Shown here: piece after piece, positions 9,080 to 17,526 of the stretch | Numbering within the stretch: position 1 is the first letter of the stretch | How the letters are laid out: each line of letters starts with the position of its first letter | Assembly: GCA_964291405.2 (NCBI GenBank) | Contig: OZ219926.1 | Span: forward strand, 160,001-224,000 | Length of the DNA: 64,000 nucleotides | Source: Thermodesulfobacteriota bacterium | GTDB lineage: Bacteria > Desulfobacterota > Binatia > Bin18 | Reading direction: 5' to 3' | Notes under the pieces: generated by a model | Told to the model about the DNA's origin: nothing | Database searches by the model: none | What the model saw: only the letters and a program-made list of their open reading frames with translations | Program-made: the position numbers and the translations under genes

Positions 9080-10384
9080 ATGAGTACCCGTATGGATGCT
9101 GCCCTACCCGCCCAACCAACCGAGAGTGTACAAGTTTCGTTACAGAAAGACTTCGACGCCGACGTGCATCGCTGGCACGAGAAATACCCGAAACTCGGGA
9201 CCGGACCGGTTTCTGTCGAACCCTTGGTCTCCAAGCAGTGGTTTGAGGCTGAACGCGAATATATTTACAAAAAGTGCTGGCTGCACGTCGGAACGGTGGA
9301 CGCTATTCCCAACCCCGGCGACTACTTCGTTCATGAAATCGCCATTGCCAAGGCATCCATTGTCCTCATTCGGGGCAAGGATAATGTTGTCCGCGGTTTC
9401 TACAACGTCTGCCGCCATCGGGGTAACAAGCTGGTCTGGGACTATAAAGGCTCAAGCGCGTGCTATTTGAGCTGCAAGTTTCATGGTTGGGTCTACGACG
9501 CCGAAGGCACGTTGAGAGACGTGCCCGACGGCGAGCGCTTTTATGAGAATCTTGAGGGCAAGGCCAACCTCATTCCGGTGCATACCGCCGTGTGGGAGGG
9601 CTTTATCTTCGTCAATCTCGATCCCCATCCGACCGAGACTCTGGAAGAATATCTGGGAGAAGCCGGCCAGCGCATGAAGGACTTTCCGTTTCAGCGTGTC
9701 CCGCTCCAGTTTCATTACCAGTCCTATCAGCGCGCCAATTGGAAGCTGATGCTGGACGCGCAGTCCGAAATCTATCACGTGCGCTATCTGCATAGTTATT
9801 CCTGGCCGGATGTCTTTACCCGCCCGGACAATCCCTACGGTCATGCCTATGCACTGGACCTGTACGACCGCCACCGCGTCGGCAACTGGCCGGGCAATAA
9901 GTATTTTCAGCCCAAAGATGTTGAGGGGCTGGCCCTCGGAAAATCGGCCGCCATCACCTCCAGAGGTAACGATTTCGTTCTGCCCACCGGTCAGGGTATC
10001 AATGTCACCAACGCGGATGACTGGGGCTTTGATATTGTCCACGTTTTTCCGAATCTCAACATCCTCATTCTGCCCGGTGTGTGGCATACGCACCAGTTCT
10101 GGCCCATATCGGAGAACGAAGCGCTGTGGGAACTCAAGATTCACATGCCGAGCGCCGCAACCCCGAGCGAGCGGTTCGGGCAGGAATACAATAAAATTCT
10201 CCTGCGGGACGCCCTACTTGAAGACGGTGCCACGCATGAGCATACCCAAGACGCCCTGGAGACCGGGGCGATTGAGCAGATTTACCTGCAAGACGAAGAA
10301 CTCTTTGTCCGCCACTCATACTGGGCGGTGGAGCAGGAGATTCGTGCCAGGCGCGATGGTGCCCGCGACTCGCTGTTCGATTAG
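9080..10384 (+). CDS. Rieske non-heme iron oxygenase alpha subunit
   Basis: Rieske ligands CRHRG and CKFHGW; mononuclear Fe motif EIYHVRYLH plus distal ED. Confidence 0.93.
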   Translation: MSTRMDAALPAQPTESVQVSLQKDFDADVHRWHEKYPKLGTGPVSVEPLVSKQWFEAEREYIYKKCWLHVGTVDAIPNPGDYFVHEIAIAKASIVLIRGKDNVVRGFYNVCRHRGNKLVWDYKGSSACYLSCKFHGWVYDAEGTLRDVPDGERFYENLEGKANLIPVHTAVWEGFIFVNLDPHPTETLEEYLGEAGQRMKDFPFQRVPLQFHYQSYQRANWKLMLDAQSEIYHVRYLHSYSWPDVFTRPDNPYGHAYALDLYDRHRVGNWPGNKYFQPKDVEGLALGKSAAITSRGNDFVLPTGQGINVTNADDWGFDIVHVFPNLNILILPGVWHTHQFWPISENEALWELKIHMPSAATPSERFGQEYNKILLRDALLEDGATHEHTQDALETGAIEQIYLQDEELFVRHSYWAVEQEIRARRDGARDSLFD

Positions 10385-10392
10385 GATTGACG

Positions 10393-10776
10393 ATGGCCGA
10401 TCCTCTCCTACCCCAGGAATTCGCCGATCTGGAACCGCTAGCCCAGGCTGGCTGGTGCCTAACGACCGAACGAGAACGCACCAAAAAGCGGCGCACCAGT
10501 ACAACCGAAGAGCTGCGGGCATTTTACGCCACGGTTCGACCCCGCCTTGAAGCAGTATTGGATTATCTGGACCAGTTCGCTGTAGATAATATACCGACCA
10601 AAGAGCAAAACCTCTTCAACCTGACCCTCAGCATGACAGAAGTGGCGTTTGCCGTGGAGAAATACAAAGGCAATCCTAGCGGCTTTCAGGCTATCGAGGC
10701 CTCACGCTTTGTTCCCGTGCACGATCTGCCTTCGGGAGCGGCACCGAAACCAACGCTGTATAAAGCCCAGGATTAA
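10393..10776 (+). CDS. Small helical hypothetical protein associated with the Rieske oxygenase
   Basis: Tightly spaced in operon; LPQEFADLEP..W.LTTERER..KR..ST.EELRAFY pattern recalled from Rieske-linked hypothetical proteins. Confidence 0.7.
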   Translation: MADPLLPQEFADLEPLAQAGWCLTTERERTKKRRTSTTEELRAFYATVRPRLEAVLDYLDQFAVDNIPTKEQNLFNLTLSMTEVAFAVEKYKGNPSGFQAIEASRFVPVHDLPSGAAPKPTLYKAQD

Positions 10777-10793
10777 CTTACAGGAGCATATCA

Positions 10794-11486
10794 ATGATCA
10801 AAGGGTTTGCGCTGATACCAAAGAAACCGGACATCAGTTACGAGCAGTTTCATCGCCACTGGCGTGAAGTCCATGCTCCCCTGGCGGTTCGTATCAAAGC
10901 GCTGAGACGCTATGTGCAAAGCCATCGCATGCCACAAGACATCCCCGGAGTCCCCTCCAGTCCATATGAAGGTCTGGCCGAGATTTGGTTTGACGACCTG
11001 GAAACCGGCCGGGGACTTGGCAACAACCCCGATTATATGAATGGCGCCTACCCGGATGAACCGAATTTCATTGCTGATGAGGGTCCTTCGTTTTTGATGA
11101 CTAGGGAAAATGTTGTCGTGCCTGGGCCCGAGTTGGCCAAAGATGCACCGGGTGTCAAAGCCCTCTTCCTGCTCAAGCGCAAACCAGGGCTCAGTGTTAC
11201 GGAGTTTCAAGAGCATTGGCGCACGGTCCACGCCCCTATCGTTCCCAAAACGCCAGAGCTCAGACGCTATGTCCAATGCCACGTCGCCCCCGAAATCTAC
11301 GAAACCGAGACACCCGCTTTCGACGGTGTCGCCGAGCTGTCGTGGGCTGATATGGCCGCCTTTGAAAAAGGCTGGCAGTCGGACGAGATGCAGATTGAGC
11401 AGATTCAGGGTGATGTACCGAATTTCATTGACCTCAGGAATTCAGTTGGTCTTTTGGTCGAAGAAATCCGTATTATCTGGCCCTGA
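10794..11486 (+). CDS. Tandem EthD-domain protein
   Basis: Two repeats of F..HWR.VHAP...LRRYVQ.H...(Y/F)(E/D)G.AE.(W). Confidence 0.88.
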   Translation: MIKGFALIPKKPDISYEQFHRHWREVHAPLAVRIKALRRYVQSHRMPQDIPGVPSSPYEGLAEIWFDDLETGRGLGNNPDYMNGAYPDEPNFIADEGPSFLMTRENVVVPGPELAKDAPGVKALFLLKRKPGLSVTEFQEHWRTVHAPIVPKTPELRRYVQCHVAPEIYETETPAFDGVAELSWADMAAFEKGWQSDEMQIEQIQGDVPNFIDLRNSVGLLVEEIRIIWP

Positions 11487-11762
11487 GCTTGACGCGTCCT
11501 TGAAGGCCCGCAGCACGGCGTTCATCCGCGTCTGGTATCCTGCTCCTTGAGCTTTGAACCACTCCAACACATCGGCATCTATACGGAGGGAAATCGAAGT
11601 TTTTGGGGGAACTGGGCGCAGCCCTCGGCGAACAATTCCACGCACGATATGCTTCACCTCGCTGGCCGGATGCTCGTCGGTGAGCGTAATATCTTCCTCC
11701 TTCATCGTTTTGATACGCGACCAGTCCGTCTTAGATGTTTTGGAAGAAGATAATTTGCTCAT
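11442..11762 (-). CDS. brnA: BrnA-family antitoxin
   Basis: TDWSRI, KTSISLRIDADVLEWFKAQGAGYQTRMNAVLR; ATG 11762 overlaps the toxin 3' end. Confidence 0.9.
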   Translation of the reverse strand: MSKLSSSKTSKTDWSRIKTMKEEDITLTDEHPASEVKHIVRGIVRRGLRPVPPKTSISLRIDADVLEWFKAQGAGYQTRMNAVLRAFKDASSSGPDNTDFFDQKTN

Positions 11763-12000
11763 TTTTAGTCGCCTTTCGTAATGAGATGACACGAATACGT
11801 TCCGCTGTCTCGGTATGCACGAGTGATACGCAAACGCCTCTCAGGAGGCCAAGCGTCACAAAGCGCTGTTCTGGATAGTGAAATCGGTCATCTTCAAAGG
11901 TGAACGTCGGGCCAGTAAAGACCTCATCGACATCAGCGAAATCAAAACCATGAACGGTCAGATTTCTTCTTCGCTTGGCTTCGTCCCATGTAAATCGAAT
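11731..12000 (-). CDS. brnT: BrnT-family ribonuclease toxin (not in ORF track; first codon is ATT)
   Basis: Manual translation IRFTWDEAKRRRNLTVHGFDFAD...EQRFVTLG...IRVISLRKATKNEQ; in-frame TAG lies immediately upstream of the ATT. Confidence 0.85.
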   Translation of the reverse strand: MRFTWDEAKRRRNLTVHGFDFADVDEVFTGPTFTFEDDRFHYPEQRFVTLGLLRGVCVSLVHTETAERIRVISLRKATKNEQIIFFQNI

Positions 12001-12076
12001 CTACAAACTGTATATACGTACCCTATATTTACGAGCTAAGCAAACGGGGAAAGCCTAGAGGATGAGGTTTGTCGGT

Positions 12077-13429
12077 TCAGGCGGCCTTTTGCCGCATGGT
12101 GACAAATTCTTCGGCTGAGGTCGGATGAATGCCGATGGTGGCATCAAACTGCGCTTTGGTGGCATTACATTTTATGGCCACGGCCAGACCCTGAATAATC
12201 TCTCCCGCCTCCGGGCCGGTCATATGGCAGCCAATCACCCGGTCGGATTTTGGGTCAACAATAATCTTCATAAAGGTCTTCTCATCCCGCCTGCTGAGCG
12301 TGTGCTTCAAGGCCCGGAACGAGGACTTATAAATATCTATAGCGCCGTATTCCTGACGCGCCTCTTCTTCCGTCAGGCCGACCGTCCCAATGCTCGGATG
12401 ACTGAAGACCGCGGTTGCCACATTCATGTGGTCCGGTCGAGTGGGATTATTATTGAATAGGGTTTCCGCCACGGCATGGCCTTCGGCAATGGCCATAGGC
12501 GTTAGGTTAAGCCTGTCGGTGACATCTCCGACAGCATAGATATGAGAGATGTTGGTCCGCGAGTAGGCGTCCACACACACCGCGCCGGTCTCGTCCGTCT
12601 CAACACCGGCTGCTTCAAGACCGAGCCCCTTTGAGTTGGGTAAGCGGCCTGTGGCGTACATGATGATATCAGCCTCAAGCTCGCTCTGGTCGTTCAACGT
12701 AGCCTTGATTCCGTGCGGTGTTTTTTCAATCCGACTCACATCCGCGTTAAAGCGCAAATCTACTCCTCGTTTGCGCATTTCATCGGCCAGGACCCGCCTG
12801 ACATCGGTATCAAAGCCGCGCAGAAACAGCTCACCCCGATAGAGTTCAGTCACCTCTGAGCCAAGCCCATGAAAGATGGTCGCAAACTCGACCGCGATAT
12901 AGCCGCCACCCACAATAATCACGCGTTTGGGCAGCGCATCCAGGTAAAACGCTTCATTTGAGGTAATGGCGTGCTCAATACCCGGAGTTTGGGGAAAAGT
13001 CGGCCAGCTTCCGGTGGCAACCAGAATATATTCCGAGGTGTACTGCTTGCCGTCCACCTCTATAGTGTGGTCGTCAACCAGCCGTGCAGTACCCTCGATG
13101 ATTTCCGCACCCGCGCCTTCAAGCAGATTGCGATAAATACCGTTCAGACGGTTAATTTCTTTGTCTTTATTCTGAATCAGCTTTTGCCAATCAATCGTTC
13201 GCTCTCCGACTGTCCAGCCAAAGCCGGCGGCGTCCTCGAAATGGTCCCGAAACTCAGAGGCATATACGAGGAGTTTTTTTGGAATGCAGCCCACGTTGAC
13301 GCAGGTCCCACCCAGATAGCGTTCCTCAACAACCGCGGTCTTGGCCCCATACGAGGCCGCAATCCGACTCGCCCGCACGCCGCCGGAGCCCGCCCCCAGA
13401 ACAAAAAAATCGTAATCGTAGCGACCCAT
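12077..13429 (-). CDS. gor: Glutathione-disulfide reductase
   Basis: GGTCVNVGCIPKK redox disulfide, GGGYIA, IGIHPTSAEEFVTM. Confidence 0.95.
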   Translation of the reverse strand: MGRYDYDFFVLGAGSGGVRASRIAASYGAKTAVVEERYLGGTCVNVGCIPKKLLVYASEFRDHFEDAAGFGWTVGERTIDWQKLIQNKDKEINRLNGIYRNLLEGAGAEIIEGTARLVDDHTIEVDGKQYTSEYILVATGSWPTFPQTPGIEHAITSNEAFYLDALPKRVIIVGGGYIAVEFATIFHGLGSEVTELYRGELFLRGFDTDVRRVLADEMRKRGVDLRFNADVSRIEKTPHGIKATLNDQSELEADIIMYATGRLPNSKGLGLEAAGVETDETGAVCVDAYSRTNISHIYAVGDVTDRLNLTPMAIAEGHAVAETLFNNNPTRPDHMNVATAVFSHPSIGTVGLTEEEARQEYGAIDIYKSSFRALKHTLSRRDEKTFMKIIVDPKSDRVIGCHMTGPEAGEIIQGLAVAIKCNATKAQFDATIGIHPTSAEEFVTMRQKAA

Positions 13430-13508
13430 ACGTTCTCTTTCTCACTCCTTCACAATGTAGCGGCGCACATCACACCGGATAATGCCGGCGAATGCAAGCG
13501 AGGAGGGG

Positions 13509-13703
13509 TTAGTGTTGCGGAGTGCAGACAAAGCAGGGTGGAGTTTGACCGGCGGAGCATGGAGCTGATTGGCACACGCCGAGCGGTCCGCCCGGAAGCT
13601 GGCACTGTGCGCCGATTTGAGAGCACGCGGTTGGTGGAGTGGATTCGATCGAGTTAGGCAGATAACAGGCAGAAAGCAGAAACAGGACGATGAAGGACAG
13701 CAT
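13509..13703 (-). CDS. Small Cys-rich putative lipoprotein
   Basis: Hydrophobic leader with lipobox LSAC followed by six more Cys in about 40 aa; GGGAG upstream of ATG. Confidence 0.6.
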   Translation of the reverse strand: MLSFIVLFLLSACYLPNSIESTPPTACSQIGAQCQLPGGPLGVCQSAPCSAGQTPPCFVCTPQH

Positions 13704-13753
13704 CGACATCTCCCTGTCTTGGAGAGGAGGCATGCAGGTTGGGGTGGATTCCC

Positions 13754-14089
13754 CTACTCCCCGCCCTTTGGTCCGTAAAAAATCGCCCACAGCATCAGAC
13801 CCTCGGTAAAGTCTTCAAAGCGATGCTCGGCCTGGGCCGGGACAAACAGCATATCACCGGTCTTGAATGGGTGGCGTTCGTCATCGACGATAAGCGTCCC
13901 GCTGCCGTTCATGGGAATATACAGTTCGTCTTGGTCGTGAGGCTCCTGGTCGTCCGGGTCGGGTGGGCGGTAGACCAGCGTAAACATCGAGCCGTGCGCC
14001 AACCCGAGACCGAACGGGCGGGGTCCATGGGTGCCGATCTTGGCAATCGTCTCCTGATAGTCGGAAACGAGACCTTTGCTTTCACTCAT
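13754..14089 (-). CDS. Cupin domain protein
   Basis: QEPHDQDELY and GDMLFVPAQAEHRF cupin motifs; start refined to ATG 14089. Confidence 0.85.
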   Translation of the reverse strand: MSESKGLVSDYQETIAKIGTHGPRPFGLGLAHGSMFTLVYRPPDPDDQEPHDQDELYIPMNGSGTLIVDDERHPFKTGDMLFVPAQAEHRFEDFTEGLMLWAIFYGPKGGE

Positions 14090-14138
14090 AGTGTTCCACC
14101 GTATTCGAGGGTCTTTGAATGGATCACGATCAGGCCTC

Positions 14139-15107
14139 TTATCGTGGCCAGACCTGAGGATTCTTTGCGGTATCATGCCCGAGGGGAGTACCGTCGGGGA
14201 GTTGGCTGAGGTCTTGCGGTGGGGCATGGCGACGGAATTTATGGGTGACATCATCACCGCCGTAGCGGACCGTCACTCCACTGCGCATCCGCGTTGGGGA
14301 GAGGTTCCCGCCGGCCCCGTGTAGACTGGCTAAATGATGCACGACCACATCTCCCGGCTGAGGCGCAAAGGTGGCGATGTCGAAATCGTCTTCGTGTCCG
14401 TCGATAAGCGGAACGTCGAGTCCTGTATCATTGTCCGCATGGGCATTGCTGATGAAAAAATTGACCTTATAAATCTGACCCGACTTGTGAACGCCCTTCA
14501 GATAGCGGACTAGGCCCATGTCTGGGTTCTCGGCATACGCCGGAACGCGCACGCCGCAGACCTGGGTCCCTTGGATATTGTCATAGCCCAGGTCTTGGTG
14601 CCACGAGGTTTTCTCCAGGGTGAGGGGCGGTTTGACTAAGACCTGGTCATCGTACAGAAAAATTTTCTGCGACTGCATCAGCGTGGCCGCGACTTCTGGT
14701 AGCGGGGAATGAATAGCCACATCGCGCAGGGCATCGCTAACCTGCCATGAGCCGGTGATGGATAAGTAATGGCCCCGCTTGTCCGTTTCCGGCTGGATGC
14801 CGTTTTCGAGCAGCACCGTACCGGCTAATTGTCGGGGCGAACCCCACTCGTTCTGGCCTTCCACCCATTTGTCTCGAGCTTGAAACCCGGAGACAGCTTC
14901 GGGCGTATTGGCGGCCAGGCCAAGATTTGTAAAATCCACAGCCTGTCCCTGAGGGTTTTTGACCAGTTCATCAATGCCGCGGGCGAGGTAATCAGCCCAC
15001 TCCGGATCGAGAATACCGGGCAGCCAGACAACGCCGTCCTCTTCGTAGGTCCGCATCTCTTCGTCAGTGATAGGACGCCGCAGGTTAGGATTCATCAGCG
15101 GCCTCAT
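14139..15107 (-). CDS. Phytanoyl-CoA dioxygenase (PhyH) family Fe(II)/2-oxoglutarate oxygenase
   Basis: YEEDGVV, WHQD, PGDVVVHH..LHGAGGN..R; ATGA overlap with the upstream Mo subunit gene. Confidence 0.88.
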   Translation of the reverse strand: MRPLMNPNLRRPITDEEMRTYEEDGVVWLPGILDPEWADYLARGIDELVKNPQGQAVDFTNLGLAANTPEAVSGFQARDKWVEGQNEWGSPRQLAGTVLLENGIQPETDKRGHYLSITGSWQVSDALRDVAIHSPLPEVAATLMQSQKIFLYDDQVLVKPPLTLEKTSWHQDLGYDNIQGTQVCGVRVPAYAENPDMGLVRYLKGVHKSGQIYKVNFFISNAHADNDTGLDVPLIDGHEDDFDIATFAPQPGDVVVHHLASLHGAGGNLSPTRMRSGVTVRYGGDDVTHKFRRHAPPQDLSQLPDGTPLGHDTAKNPQVWPR

Positions 15108-17485
15108 TCAGCACCGGCGTTCGTTTGAGCCCGGTCCAAGATGCTGAGTACGCGCTCCGGAGTCAGCGGCACCTCGTTGACCCGCACGCCAAACGGTGAC
15201 AGCGCGTCGGCCACGGCATTGGCAATCGCCGCGGGCGGGGCAATCGCCCCACCTTCACCCATGCCCTTGATGCCATTGAGCGTATACGGAGACGGCGTTT
15301 CAATATGTCCTATTTCTACCTGCGGCACATCTGCGGCAGTGGGAATCAAATAGTCCATAAATGTTCCGGTCAGGAATTGACCAGCGTCATCGTATAAAGC
15401 GTGCTCGTACAGCGCGGAACCGATTCCCTGGGCCACCCCACCCTGGATCTGGCCATTCACGATAGTGGGATTGATAATCGTGCCGCAGTCTTCAACCACG
15501 ATATATCGCAAGAGTTGGACCTGACCGGTTTCAGTATCGACTTCAACCGCAGCTATATGGGTCGCGTTGGAGTGCGTGATATACGGCGGCTCGTAGGCCA
15601 CGCTGGCGTCAAGCCCAGGTTCTTCGTCGGGCGGCAGACTCGCCGGTTGGACGATAATCCGATGCGCCAGCTCGGGGATGGAAAGCAGGCGTATCCCACC
15701 GGTTTTACGTTGGACAGCGCCCTGGGCCAATTCAAGATCGTCTGCGGGCACTTCGGTCAGGCGCGCCGCAATGCGCAGCAGCTTATCCCGTAGCTTTTGC
15801 GCCGCCGAGGTCACGGCGCCCCCGCCCGTCACCGCGCTCCGGCTCGCCCAGGTTCCCCACCCGCGCGGCGTAGCCTGTGTATCGCCTTGGACAACAGCGA
15901 CGTCTTCGAGCGCGACGCCTAGGGTATCCACTATCAGTTGGGCATAGACGGTGTGGTGGCCCTGGCCATGCGAGTGCGTCCCAACGAAGACCGTCACCTT
16001 ACCCGACTCATCAATGCGCAGTGTCGCCGCCTCATAACCACCGACCTTGACGCCAAAGTCACCAAACACGGACGAGTTGTGAGCCGTGCCTTCCACATAC
16101 GAGCCTATCCCCACCCCAAGATAACGGCCGTTCTCGCGGGCTTTTTGCTGCTCAGTCCGAAAATCGTCATAGCCGAGAATATCAAGGGCCTTTTGTAATG
16201 AGGCTTGGTGGCTGCCGCTCTCAATCTCCACACCCAGAAGCGTCGTATACGGATGCTCGTCCTGCGGGATCATATTCCGCAGCCGAATCTCTGCCGGATC
16301 AAGACCGAGCTTTTGGGCGCCCATATCCAGAAGACGCTCCATCGTCAAAGCTGCAACCGGAATACCCACGCCCCGGTACACCCCAATGGAGGCTTTGTTG
16401 GTGGCGGCCGTACAGGTTTCAAATCCAAAGGCCGGAATTTTATAGGGACCTGTTATGGTTCCGGCCGCATGTTTTGGCTCAAAGGACGAACCCCAGGGAT
16501 AGGACGAATAGCCACCCGCATCGCTCAGGAAGCGCGCCTTGAGGCCCAGTACGGTTCCGTCGCTCTTAAGAGCCAATTCCGCATTGACAATCTGATGCTT
16601 GGCCTGGAGGGAGGCCGACAAATGCTCACGCCGGTCTTCGATCCATTTAACCGGTTTGCGCAATGCTTTGGCTAAATACGTTACCACCACCTCTTCAGGA
16701 AAAGGATGCGCTTTGAGACCAAAGCCCCCGCCCACGTCTGGAGAAATGACCCGGATGCGATGCTCCGCCAGGTCCAGCAGCATGGCCAGACTGGCCCGCA
16801 GGGTATGCGGCACTTGCGTGGAGGACCAGACGGTGAGCGCCTCCGTTGCCACGTCAAACTGGGCCACACAACCCCGCGTTTCCATGGGTGAAGCCATGTG
16901 ACGGCCAGTCACAAAACGTTCGGACACCACACAGTCGGCGTCCTGAAACGCCTTACCCACCTCACCGACCTGGGCTTCGAACCGTTCCATGACATTGTCA
17001 CCCCACTCTTCGTGCACCAGGGGGGCATCCGCGAGCAGTGCGCTTTCCATATCGGCCACGGCGTCAAGCGGCTCGTAGTCGACTTCGACAAGATCGGCAG
17101 CGTCCTCAGCGGTGTAGCGGTCCGTCGCCACAACGGCCGCAACCATATCACCCACAAAACGGACCTTATCAGGCGTAAGGACGTGCCAGTTACACGATTT
17201 GTGAAAAGGGACTTTCTGCGTATCAAGCTCGACCCGGAGCGGCTTGATCGTTTCCAGAATGTCCTGTCCGGTTAGAACACATGCCACACCGGGCTTGGCC
17301 AGCGCAGCCTGAACATCGATATTCGCAATTTTGGCGTGGGCGTAAGGACTGCGTACAAAGGCGACCGCCAGCATGTCGGGTAATATCAGGTCATCAACAT
17401 ATTGGGTTTTTCCCAGTAAAACGCGCGGGTCTTCGACCCGGCGTACCTGCGCCCCCAGCATTTTCCCGGTTCCCTCACGACTCAT
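15104..17485 (-). CDS. Xanthine dehydrogenase family molybdopterin-binding subunit (CoxL/CutL-like), copy 2
   Basis: RRVEDPR, STQVPH, DVGGGFG, VYRGVG, HGQGH, KGMGEGG. Confidence 0.92.
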   Translation of the reverse strand: MSREGTGKMLGAQVRRVEDPRVLLGKTQYVDDLILPDMLAVAFVRSPYAHAKIANIDVQAALAKPGVACVLTGQDILETIKPLRVELDTQKVPFHKSCNWHVLTPDKVRFVGDMVAAVVATDRYTAEDAADLVEVDYEPLDAVADMESALLADAPLVHEEWGDNVMERFEAQVGEVGKAFQDADCVVSERFVTGRHMASPMETRGCVAQFDVATEALTVWSSTQVPHTLRASLAMLLDLAEHRIRVISPDVGGGFGLKAHPFPEEVVVTYLAKALRKPVKWIEDRREHLSASLQAKHQIVNAELALKSDGTVLGLKARFLSDAGGYSSYPWGSSFEPKHAAGTITGPYKIPAFGFETCTAATNKASIGVYRGVGIPVAALTMERLLDMGAQKLGLDPAEIRLRNMIPQDEHPYTTLLGVEIESGSHQASLQKALDILGYDDFRTEQQKARENGRYLGVGIGSYVEGTAHNSSVFGDFGVKVGGYEAATLRIDESGKVTVFVGTHSHGQGHHTVYAQLIVDTLGVALEDVAVVQGDTQATPRGWGTWASRSAVTGGGAVTSAAQKLRDKLLRIAARLTEVPADDLELAQGAVQRKTGGIRLLSIPELAHRIIVQPASLPPDEEPGLDASVAYEPPYITHSNATHIAAVEVDTETGQVQLLRYIVVEDCGTIINPTIVNGQIQGGVAQGIGSALYEHALYDDAGQFLTGTFMDYLIPTAADVPQVEIGHIETPSPYTLNGIKGMGEGGAIAPPAAIANAVADALSPFGVRVNEVPLTPERVLSILDRAQTNAGAE

Positions 17486-17526
17486 GGATGGCCCTCCAGT
17501 CGAAGACATGCTGCTGTCGTTTGCTA

